Below are positions 1-8,243 of a DNA stretch of 64,000 nt, piece after piece. A model generated the notes under the pieces. That model searched no databases and was not told where the DNA came from. It saw nothing but the letters and a program-made list of their open reading frames with translations. This DNA is from Marinilabiliales bacterium (GTDB lineage: Bacteria; Bacteroidota; Bacteroidia; Bacteroidales; SZUA-534): assembly GCA_003512955.1 (NCBI GenBank), contig DOTG01000026.1, positions 12,083 to 76,082 on the forward strand, in the 5' to 3' direction. A program made the translations under genes and the position numbers. How positions within the stretch are numbered: the first letter of the stretch is position 1; each line of letters opens with the position of its first letter.

Positions 1-2107
1 ACCGGAAAAACGGTCGCTTAAAATTCCAAAATCAAGGCCAAAATTTAAGGTCGATGTTTCTTCCCACTTAATCATTTCATCGTACTCATCGGGGCGGTAA
101 CCCTTGTAAAAGGTATTTCCAAACTGGTATGATGCAGTTGATGTGCTCAGGAAAAAATTCGGTTGATACGGATAATCATCATCCACAATATTTTGCTGTC
201 CAGTAACGCCCCAACCTGCTCTGATTTTTAAGTTGCTAAAAATTGTCTGGCTCGCTAAAAAGGGTTCCTTGTTTACATTCCATGCAAAGGCTACAGATGG
301 GAATATACCTGAACGTGTTTCGGGTGAAAAACGCGAAGAATTATCGTTCCGCAGAGTAAAGGTAAACAAATAGCGATCTTTGAAACGTATGTTTGAACGG
401 CCAAAGAAAGATATAAGATAATATTCTGTTGGATCTGGATCGTATTCATCAATGGTATTTGTATCGGATACTATACCATTGAATGCTGCATAACGGGAAT
501 AATTTGTATTACCCCTGTAAAACGATTGATAGGAATAACCTCCTTGAATGTCAAAGTAGGTGTCAATAGCTTCAATATCTTTTGAATAGTGAAGATAAAA
601 ATCCAATAATTTATTTTCTTTTTCCTGAGTGTATTCTGAATAATATCCGGAATACTGACCAACCTTTTGCCAGGATGCTGAAGTATCAACGGTCACTGTG
701 CCTTCACTGTTCGATTTATCAATACCCACACTTAGATTAGCTCTTAATTCAGGTAAAAAATGGAATTTATAATCAATTTGTGCATTCCCTGAAAAACGTT
801 TCACATTCGAAATATCGTCCCTCAATTCCAACATAGCTAATGGGTTATTGGTGGCTTGATCCACTATATTACCTTCGTCATCCCTCCAAACAAATAGAGT
901 ATCGGCATTGTAAACTGGTTTAGTAGGATCCATTTGAATAGCAGCTCCAATGGAACCTTCATCGGCAAATTTGCTATCTGTTGTTGAACCTTTAACATTT
1001 AAATTCAATTTCAAATGGTCTTCAAAAAAACTGGGATCAATATTTGCATTAAACGAGAGCCTGTCCACTTTACCGGTCTTCAGTGTTCCTTCTTGCGTAT
1101 AATAACCTCCTGAGATGCGAAATGGAACATCGAATGTAGAACCCGATACACTTAAATTGTGGTCGTTTCCAACGGCTGTTTCAAAAATCTGTTCTTGCCA
1201 GTTGGTATTGGCTGTTCCCAAATGTTTAGTAACTTCTGAAGGATTAGAGAATTTAGCATTGGCATAATTTGTAACCGCTTCAGTAAATTCTGGGCCATTC
1301 AATACATCTACTTTTTTTGTGTTCTGATGAATCGAAAGGGCTCCCTGATATTCAATTTTAATAGGCTGACCTTTAACTCCTTTTTTGGTTGTAATAATGA
1401 TTACCCCGTTTGAAGCCCTGCTACCATAAATGGCAGTAGCCGAAGCGTCTTTAAGAATGGTCATTGATTCAATATCATTCGGGTTAATGGAAGTTAATGG
1501 ATTTGCCAAACCACTAATGCCATAATTATCCACAGGTATTCCATCAATAACAATTAATGGATCGTTACTGGCATTCAGTGATGCTCCACCACGGATACGG
1601 ATGGTTTGTCCTGAGCCCGGTGCGCCACCACCTGAAGTAATCTGTACCCCGGCAACTTTACCAGTAATCAACTGATCTGGAGTTGCAATGGCACCCTTGT
1701 TAAAATCATCTGACTTAATAGCAATAACCGACCCTGTGGCATCCGATTTTTTTACGGTACCATAACCAATTACTACCAATTCATCAAGTGTGGCAATGTC
1801 TTCCACCAAAGTAAAATTAAAGGTAGCTGTTTTGCCATCTTCGATGACCACTGCCTGTTCAAAACTGGCAAAGCCAATAAACGAAGCTACAATGGTTTGA
1901 GAACCTACGGGAATTTTTTGCAACAAATAATTCCCATCAATGTTGGTAATGGTACCGTTGGTGGTACCCTTAATGACAACGTTTGCACCTATTAAAGGTT
2001 GCCCATTCCCATCCACAATTTTTCCCTGCAAGCTACCTGTCTGTGCATAACCGGCACCCACAGCAACAAGGAAAATGGCGAAAATTGCGAGTATTTTTCT
2101 TACCATA
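1..2107 (-). CDS. SusC-family TonB-dependent outer-membrane receptor, N-terminal 702 codons (3' end lies beyond the window start)
   Basis: Absent from the ORF track because there is no stop in the window. The reverse frame from ATG at 2107 stays open to position 2. Hand translation: MVRKILAIFAIFLVAVGAGYAQ (signal peptide), GSLQGKIVDGNGQPLIGANVVIKGT (carboxypeptidase-regulatory-like domain), DELVVIGYGTVKKSDATGSV (SusC-type TonB box/plug), RIRGGASLNASNDPLIVIDGIP. Confidence 0.85.
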
Positions 2108-2153
2108 ATGCGTTAAATTTAGTTTAGTTAAAATGTTAATTTGTCCCTCTTTT

Positions 2154-2192
2154 AATGATTCTTGTGTCTTATAGCGTACTGTAAAATTACAT
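2154..2192 (+). repeat. copy C of the recurrent ATGATT / TTATAGCG / AAAATxA element
   Basis: AATGATT-cttgtgtc-TTATAGCG-tactgt-AAAATTACA. Confidence 0.6.
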
Positions 2193-2246
2193 ATTAAAAG
2201 GAATTAACAATACTAATTGTAAAAGTTACGACTCAACAAACGTTTC

Positions 2247-2260
2247 CGCAAACGCTTGCA
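2247..2260. promoter_or_regulatory. candidate LacI-family operator in the susC-like / lacI-like divergent region
   Basis: The reverse strand reads TGCAAGCGTTTGCG. This matches the LacI/CcpA-type consensus TGNAANCGNTTNCA at every fixed position except the last. An adjacent 8-bp palindrome AAACGTTT lies at 2238-2245. Confidence 0.5.
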
Positions 2261-2290
2261 TATGCTGAATAACATATTTTTAATTTATGG

Positions 2291-2303
2291 CAATAAAATC
2301 ATG
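2291..2303 (+). repeat. partial copy D of the recurrent element
   Basis: CAATAAAATCATG is identical over 13 nt to 3556-3568. It is preceded by TTTATGG. Confidence 0.5.
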
Positions 2304-2333
2304 CCGATTGTGAGGCGGCCTAAAGTAAAATGC

Positions 2334-2341
2334 TAAATTTG
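2334..2341 (+). promoter_or_regulatory. candidate Bacteroidota -7 box (TAnnTTTG) for the LacI-family gene
   Basis: TAAATTTG, 25 nt upstream of ATG 2367. Confidence 0.45.
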
Positions 2342-2366
2342 TTCTCATTAACAAACCGCTCGCAGC

Positions 2367-3386
2367 ATGGAACGCAAAACACAGATTACCATTAAAGATA
2401 TAGCCCGTGAACTTGGAATTTCGCCATCTACCGTTTCCCGTGCCTTAAAAAACCATCCCGATATTAGCAGCAAAACCAAAGAGGCGGTTCATGAATTGGC
2501 CCAAAAATATCATTACAAACCCAACGCGGTAGCATTATCGCTACGCAGCAGTAAAACTCACATGATTGGGGTGGTCATCCCCAAAGTGGTACATTTCTTC
2601 TTTTCATCTGTCATCAGCGGCATTGAACATGTTGCCAATGAAGCCGGTTATAACGTGATGATTTGCCAAAGCGATGAAAACGAAGAACGGGAAATAACCA
2701 GCATCCAAACACTTACATCAAGCAGGGTAGATGGCATCTTGGCCTCCGTTTCGAAAGACACCACTGATTTTACACATTTCAAGGAATTGGTCCAAAACAA
2801 CATCCCCCTGGTATTTTTCGACAGGGCTGCCGCCGATATCAAAACCGATAAGGTAATTATTGACGATTTAGAAGGAGCTTTTATTGCCACCGAACACCTT
2901 ATATTAAAGGGATGCCGGAAAATAGTCCATCTGGCAGCTCCACAAAACCTCACCATAGGCACCAAGCGTAAAGAGGGCTACATCAAAGCGCTACAGAAGC
3001 ACCACATTCCCGTGGACGAAAGTTTGATCATTAAATGTGATAACCGTGAAGAAGCTCTGGTTGTGATGCGGAAATTGTATGAATCGGGAATCAGACCCGA
3101 CGGGGTTTTTGCGGTAAATGATCTCACCGCCACAGGAGTATTAAAGGTGGTGAAGCAGTTTGGTTACCGTATCCCGGAAGATGTAAAAGTGGTGGGCTTC
3201 TCCGATGGGTTTGTTGCTTATGTAACCGACCCTACATTAACAACGATTGATCAGCACGGCTTTGAAATGGGAAGGGAAGCCGCTCAACTGCTTTTGGACC
3301 GCATAAACGAAACAATTGAAAATTATTCACCCATTACCAAAATCATTACTACCAACCTGATTGTGCGCGAATCGACGGGAGGTTAA
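2367..3386 (+). CDS. LacI/GalR-family transcriptional regulator (likely maltose/alpha-glucan locus regulator)
   Basis: N-terminal HTH TIKDIARELGISPSTVSRALKN is typical of the LacI family. The C-terminal part looks like a periplasmic-binding-protein-like sugar-binding domain. It is divergent from the SusC-like gene and heads the sugar catabolic genes. Confidence 0.9.
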   Translation: MERKTQITIKDIARELGISPSTVSRALKNHPDISSKTKEAVHELAQKYHYKPNAVALSLRSSKTHMIGVVIPKVVHFFFSSVISGIEHVANEAGYNVMICQSDENEEREITSIQTLTSSRVDGILASVSKDTTDFTHFKELVQNNIPLVFFDRAAADIKTDKVIIDDLEGAFIATEHLILKGCRKIVHLAAPQNLTIGTKRKEGYIKALQKHHIPVDESLIIKCDNREEALVVMRKLYESGIRPDGVFAVNDLTATGVLKVVKQFGYRIPEDVKVVGFSDGFVAYVTDPTLTTIDQHGFEMGREAAQLLLDRINETIENYSPITKIITTNLIVRESTGG

Positions 3387-3536
3387 TCCTGTACCTTTTT
3401 CAACCCATCAAGGTGTCTTCGAGAAACTTCGCAACCGTTTTAAATAAGCATTTACGAAGGTTTCTGCCATTTTCAGAATCAAAAAGTTGTGTGTCAATTC
3501 ATTTTTAATTTATTTTGCATGGTCTTTCCTTTTAAG

Positions 3537-3568
3537 CATGATTGAGTTATAGCGTCAATAAAATCATG
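3537..3568 (+). repeat. copy A of the recurrent element (hairpin-capable)
   Basis: CATGATT-gag-TTATAGCG-tcaata-AATCATG. The outer 7-nt arms are perfect inverted repeats. Confidence 0.6.
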
Positions 3569-3609
3569 TTTCACTCAAAATTTTAGTAATAAAGTTTATC
3601 TATTACCAT

Positions 3610-3626
3610 TTGCAATATCGTTGCAA
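3610..3626. promoter_or_regulatory. candidate operator palindrome upstream of the MFS symporter gene
   Basis: TTGCAA-tatcg-TTGCAA, 49 nt upstream of ATG 3675. It shares the TGCAA..CG..TTGCA pattern with the 2247-2260 site but has an odd spacing. Confidence 0.35.
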
Positions 3627-3674
3627 GGGCAAATCATAGTATTAAGCTGGCAATAGCCACTAAAAAATATTGAA

Positions 3675-5012
3675 ATGAAAAAACAACCAAAACTTAATTT
3701 TTGGCAGATCTGGAATGTAAGTTTCGGATTTTTAGGTATTCAAATGGGATTCGCATTGCAAAGTGCCAACGTTAGCCGGATCTTATCAAACCTAGGTGCC
3801 GATTTACATCACCTTTCCCTTTTCTGGCTTGCCGCGCCAGTTATGGGGTTAATTGTCCAACCCATTGTTGGCTCAGCAAGCGACAACACATGGAACCGAT
3901 TTGGCAGACGGGGTCCATACCTTTTAGGAGGTGCAATTGTTGCCGCCTTTGCCATGTATTTGATGCCAAATGCCGGATTGGCAATAATGGTAATGCCTCC
4001 ATTAATTTTTGGAGCTATCATGTTTGCATTGATGGATGGTTCATTCAATATAACCATGCAACCTTTTCGGGCATTAGTAGCCGATATGGTCCCCACAGAA
4101 CAACGTACCTTAGGGTATTCCATCCAGAGTTTCCTAATCAATACAGGTGCTGTATTAGGTTCTGTCCTACCTTTTTTGCTTACAAATGTTTTAGGAGTCC
4201 AAAATACAGCCCCTGATGGAGAAGTACCGGCATCGGTTATTTGGTCGTTTTACATTGGTGGAACCATGTTATTGCTTTCCGTAATATGGACAGTTTTCAG
4301 GACCAAAGAATATCCGCCTGAAGAGTATGCCGAATACAAGGGTCTCGACAACCATAAAGTTGCAGATAACACTTACAAAGGAATAAAAGGTTTTTTCAAG
4401 TTAGTAGCCCATGCCCCAAAAACCATGTACCAGTTGGCTATTGTTCAATTCTTTTCATGGTTTGCATTGTATTTAATGTGGGTTTACACTACTTCTGCTG
4501 TAGCCCAGCATGTTTGGGGTTGCCCTGTGGATGACCGATCCTCAGCAGCGTATCAAACAGCAGGCAACTGGGTAGGCTTATTATTTGGTGCATACAGTTT
4601 GTTTGCAGCGATATTTTCAATCATCATGCCTCGGATTGCCAACCGATTTGGTCGGAAAACCACCTATTCCATAGCACTCATTGCTGGTGGGGTTGGTTAC
4701 ATCTCCATGTTTTTTATTACAAATCAATACTTACTTTTCATCCCGATGATTGGGGTAGGAATTGCTTGGGCAGGAATACTTGCCATGCCCTATGCTATAC
4801 TTTCCGACTCAGTGCCTGCTGATAAAATGGGGGTTTACATGGGAATTTTCAATTTCACTATTGCAGGCCCACAAATAGTAAGCGGGTTCATGGCAGGAGC
4901 CATTCTTAAACATTTATTCAACGAACAAGCTATTTATATTTTGGTGCTCTGCGGTATCTCCATGATTCTTGGAGCCGTATCGGTAGCTTTTGTTAAATCA
5001 AAACATACTTAA
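3675..5012 (+). CDS. MFS/GPH-type sugar:cation symporter (maltose/sucrose-type)
   Basis: 445 aa with a roughly 12-TM hydrophobic pattern. GSASDNTWNRFGRRGPY after TM2 resembles the GPH/SLC45-like sugar symporter signature. The gene sits between the LacI regulator and pgmB/GH65. Confidence 0.8.
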   Translation: MKKQPKLNFWQIWNVSFGFLGIQMGFALQSANVSRILSNLGADLHHLSLFWLAAPVMGLIVQPIVGSASDNTWNRFGRRGPYLLGGAIVAAFAMYLMPNAGLAIMVMPPLIFGAIMFALMDGSFNITMQPFRALVADMVPTEQRTLGYSIQSFLINTGAVLGSVLPFLLTNVLGVQNTAPDGEVPASVIWSFYIGGTMLLLSVIWTVFRTKEYPPEEYAEYKGLDNHKVADNTYKGIKGFFKLVAHAPKTMYQLAIVQFFSWFALYLMWVYTTSAVAQHVWGCPVDDRSSAAYQTAGNWVGLLFGAYSLFAAIFSIIMPRIANRFGRKTTYSIALIAGGVGYISMFFITNQYLLFIPMIGVGIAWAGILAMPYAILSDSVPADKMGVYMGIFNFTIAGPQIVSGFMAGAILKHLFNEQAIYILVLCGISMILGAVSVAFVKSKHT

Positions 5013-5031
5013 AATTAAATTTTTAAAATTG

Positions 5032-5679
5032 ATGGGGACGATTCGTGCGTGTATTTTCGATTTAGACGGAGTGGTGGTCGATACTGCCAAATATCATTAT
5101 TTGGCCTGGAAAAGGCTGGCCAATGAACTGGGATTTGATTTTTCAGAAGAACATAACGAAAAGCTTAAAGGGGTTAGCCGCATGGAATCCCTGAGAATAC
5201 TTCTTGAAGTGGGTGGCATAGCCCTTTCTATGCAGGACCAATTGGTATTGGCCGATAAAAAGAACAATTGGTATAAAGAATACATCGGGAAAATGACACC
5301 TGAGGAGGTATTGCCAGGTGCCATCAGCTTTTTTACCGAATTAAAATCACATGGCATCAAACTAGGCCTGGGTTCGGCCAGCAAAAACGCATCCACCATT
5401 CTTGAAAGAACAAACCTGATGGAATGGTTCGATGCTATTATTGATGGAAACAAAACACAAAAAGCCAAACCTGACCCTGAGGTGTTTTTATTAGGTGCCA
5501 AAGCACTGGATACGAAACCCTCCGAGTGCATTGTTTTTGAAGATGCCGAAGCAGGTATTGAGGCTGCCCTAAACGCTGGAATGCGTTGCGTGGGAATCGG
5601 GGACCCCAGGATATTGGGAAAAGCCAATCTTGTGGTGGCCGGGTTGCACGAAATGAAATTTGAGAAATTGACATTGTAA
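5032..5679 (+). CDS. pgmB: beta-phosphoglucomutase (HAD superfamily)
   Basis: HAD motifs FDLDGVVVDT, GLGSASKN, KPDPEVFL and FEDAEAGIEAA. I moved the start to ATG 5032 (MGTIRACIFDLDG) because the track start at 4990 overlaps the transporter gene. It is adjacent to GH65. Confidence 0.85.
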   Translation: MGTIRACIFDLDGVVVDTAKYHYLAWKRLANELGFDFSEEHNEKLKGVSRMESLRILLEVGGIALSMQDQLVLADKKNNWYKEYIGKMTPEEVLPGAISFFTELKSHGIKLGLGSASKNASTILERTNLMEWFDAIIDGNKTQKAKPDPEVFLLGAKALDTKPSECIVFEDAEAGIEAALNAGMRCVGIGDPRILGKANLVVAGLHEMKFEKLTL

Positions 5680-5683
5680 CATT

Positions 5684-5747
5684 GGGAGGCAACAACTCAC
5701 GGAATTAATAATTTCATGGGGATATCGGGGGAAATCAGTTGCCTCCC
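5684..5747 (+). repeat. 10-bp GC-rich inverted repeat with a long loop after pgmB
   Basis: GGGAGGCAAC (5684-5693) pairs with GTTGCCTCCC (5738-5747), followed by TCTTTTATT. Confidence 0.6.
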
Positions 5748-5773
5748 TCTTTTATTAAAACATTTATGGTGAT

Positions 5774-5799
5774 AATGATTTATAGCGCAAAAAATCATT
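5774..5799 (+). repeat. copy B of the recurrent element (hairpin-capable)
   Basis: AATGATTTATAGCGCAAAAAATCATT. The outer 8-nt arms AATGATTT/AAATCATT are perfect inverted repeats. The element ends 19 nt before the GH65 ATG. Confidence 0.6.
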
Positions 5800-5818
5800 A
5801 CCATTTAAAACTATTTTC

Positions 5819-8128
5819 ATGAACAATTATTTAAAACTTGATCAATGGAATATTATCGAAGAGGGATACAATACTGACAATGTGCCCTCTTCAGAAAGTA
5901 TATTTAGCATAGGAAATGGCAGGATGGGCCAACGGGCCAATTTTGAGGAGGCATACTCGGGCAAGTCGCTTCAGGGCAACTATATTGCCGGGGTATATTA
6001 TCCCGACAAAACCAAAGTAGGCTGGTGGAAAAACGGGTATCCGGAATATTTTGCCAAAGTGCTGAATGCCGCCAATTGGATTGGTATTCATGTGGAAATC
6101 GACGGAGAGTCCCTTGACCTTGCCAAGGTTAAGGTTGATGAATTCCAACGGGTTTTAAACATGCGCGAAGGTCACCTTTCCCGGACATTCAAGGCTACAC
6201 TTAATAACGGAAACCAAGTGAGGGTGGATACCCGAAGGTTCTTAAGCATTGTGGACGATGACCTGGGAGCCATCCGGTACAGTATTATTGCCAGTAATTT
6301 TACCGGTAAAATAAAAATTACCCCTTACGTGGATGCCGATGTGGTAAACGAAGATTCCAACTACGACGAAAAATTCTGGGATGAGGTTTCCCAACAAAGT
6401 GTAGGGAACACCGCGCGGGTCACTGCCAAAACTAAGAAAACAGGTTTTGTGGTTACCACGGCCATGCTTTTCGAGGTTTGGAAGAATGGCAAACTACTAA
6501 ACTTAATCCCCATAAACTCAATAAAAGAGAAATATGCCGGATGCGAGGTTACCATTGACATTGCCGAAGGAGATGAATTGTTGATTTATAAATTTGTCAC
6601 CAATGTATCCTCCTTTAATCATCCGTTAGATGAGCTGTCGAATGTGGCACAAAGGGAACTTGAGAAAGCCCGGAAAAAACATTTCAACCAAATGCTTCAT
6701 GAACAAAAAGAGGCCTGGGCTGCCAAATGGGAAGAAAGTGATATCACCATTGAAGGAGATGTTGCTGCCCAACAGGCCATCAGGTTCAATATTTTTCAAC
6801 TAAATCAAACCTATACCGGCGAAGATGAACGCCTGAATATTGGCCCCAAAGGGTTTACCGGAGAAAAATATGGAGGCAGTACCTATTGGGATACCGAAGC
6901 CTATTGTTTGCCATTTTATCTGGCTACAGCCGACAAACATGTAGCCCGCAACTTATTGCTTTACCGCTACAAACAATTGGGAAAAGCCATTGAAAATGCC
7001 ACAAAACTTGGTTTCAAAAACGGGGCAGCTCTTTTCCCCATGGTAACCATGAATGGCGAAGAATGCCACAACGAATGGGAGATTACCTTTGAGGAGATAC
7101 ACCGCAACGGGGCCATCGCTTTTGCCGTTTACAATTACACCAACTACACAGGCGATAAACAATACCTAGAAGATTATGGTCTGGAATTGCTGATCGGGAT
7201 CAGCCGGTTTTGGAGCCAACGGATTACATGGTCGGAGCAGATTAAAAAATTTGTGATGCTTGGTGTTACCGGCCCCAATGAATACGAAAACAACGTGGAC
7301 AATAACTGGTACACCAACACTCTGGCTTGCTGGTGCATGGATTATACCCGCGAATCTGTTGAACATGTTAAATCGGCGGCACCTGAGAAATTTCAAAAGT
7401 TGTCGGCTAGAATTGGTTTCAACGAAGCTGAAGAAACTTCACATTGGAAACATATTACAACAAACATGCACTTTCCTGAAAGCAAGGAATTGGGTGTGTT
7501 TTTGCAACAGGACAACTTCCTGAACAAAGAACAGATTCTTGTAAAAGATTTAGACCCCAGCCAAAGGCCTATCAACCAAAAATGGTCGTGGGACCGGATT
7601 TTACGCTCTTGCTTTATCAAACAAGCCGATACGTTGCAAGGTATTTACCTGTTCGAGGACCGGTTCGACATTGATACCATTGGCCGGAATTTCGATTTTT
7701 ACGAAGCACGCACCGTCCACGAATCATCTTTATCACCGTGCGTTCATGCGGTTTTGGCAGCCAAGCTCAATAAAATGGATAAAGCTTATGAACTTTACCT
7801 TCGGACCTCGCGTCTCGATTTAGATGATTACAACTGCGAAGTGGGCGAAGGTCTGCATATCACATCCATGGCAGGTACCTGGATGTCTGTAGTTCAAGGG
7901 TTTGGCGGATTACGCGTGGTGAATCAAAAACTTTACCTGAATCCAAGAATCCCCTCCGCATGGCAAGGTTTCTCATTTAAGATACGGTTCCGTGGCAGTG
8001 TACTAAAAGTAAATGCTTACAAGAACGGCGTTGAGGTTCAAAATTTTAACAATCAGTCGGTTCCGGTTGTTATTTTCAACAAAGAATACCTGATAGGAGC
8101 CAATGACAAAATACAAATCAATAATTAA
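5819..8128 (+). CDS. GH65 maltose (or related alpha-glucoside) phosphorylase
   Basis: 769 aa. Family-typical stretches GFTGEKYGGSTYWDTEAY, GPNEYENNVDNNWYTN and ARTVHESSLSP. It is paired with beta-phosphoglucomutase, the classic phosphorolytic maltose pathway. Confidence 0.85.
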   Translation: MNNYLKLDQWNIIEEGYNTDNVPSSESIFSIGNGRMGQRANFEEAYSGKSLQGNYIAGVYYPDKTKVGWWKNGYPEYFAKVLNAANWIGIHVEIDGESLDLAKVKVDEFQRVLNMREGHLSRTFKATLNNGNQVRVDTRRFLSIVDDDLGAIRYSIIASNFTGKIKITPYVDADVVNEDSNYDEKFWDEVSQQSVGNTARVTAKTKKTGFVVTTAMLFEVWKNGKLLNLIPINSIKEKYAGCEVTIDIAEGDELLIYKFVTNVSSFNHPLDELSNVAQRELEKARKKHFNQMLHEQKEAWAAKWEESDITIEGDVAAQQAIRFNIFQLNQTYTGEDERLNIGPKGFTGEKYGGSTYWDTEAYCLPFYLATADKHVARNLLLYRYKQLGKAIENATKLGFKNGAALFPMVTMNGEECHNEWEITFEEIHRNGAIAFAVYNYTNYTGDKQYLEDYGLELLIGISRFWSQRITWSEQIKKFVMLGVTGPNEYENNVDNNWYTNTLACWCMDYTRESVEHVKSAAPEKFQKLSARIGFNEAEETSHWKHITTNMHFPESKELGVFLQQDNFLNKEQILVKDLDPSQRPINQKWSWDRILRSCFIKQADTLQGIYLFEDRFDIDTIGRNFDFYEARTVHESSLSPCVHAVLAAKLNKMDKAYELYLRTSRLDLDDYNCEVGEGLHITSMAGTWMSVVQGFGGLRVVNQKLYLNPRIPSAWQGFSFKIRFRGSVLKVNAYKNGVEVQNFNNQSVPVVIFNKEYLIGANDKIQINN

Positions 8129-8137
8129 AAAGGATGA

Positions 8138-8190
8138 AACCTCCATGTAGTTGTTGGTAAAAACCAATCATGAAAATTGTCATGGAGGTT
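8138..8190 (+). repeat. 10-bp inverted repeat with a nested hairpin after the GH65 gene
   Basis: AACCTCCATG (8138-8147) pairs with CATGGAGGTT (8181-8190). An inner TTGGT/ACCAA pair lies at 8154-8167. A second small hairpin CCCCG-gtgaat-CGGGG follows. Confidence 0.6.
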
Positions 8191-8243
8191 CCCCCGGTGA
8201 ATCGGGGCAAGCTATCTGACCTTAAACTTAAAAATTATTTAAG

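Noticed and set aside
471-689. 72-aa minus-strand ORF listed in the track inside the SusC-like region
   Set aside because: It is in a different frame from the uninterrupted SusC-like reading frame that spans 2-2107. The SusC frame carries the signal peptide, plug and TonB-box motifs.
5097-5627. 176-aa ORF antisense to pgmB (and 5438-5695)
   Set aside because: It is a shadow of the HAD-family gene, which carries all four HAD motifs. There is no independent support.
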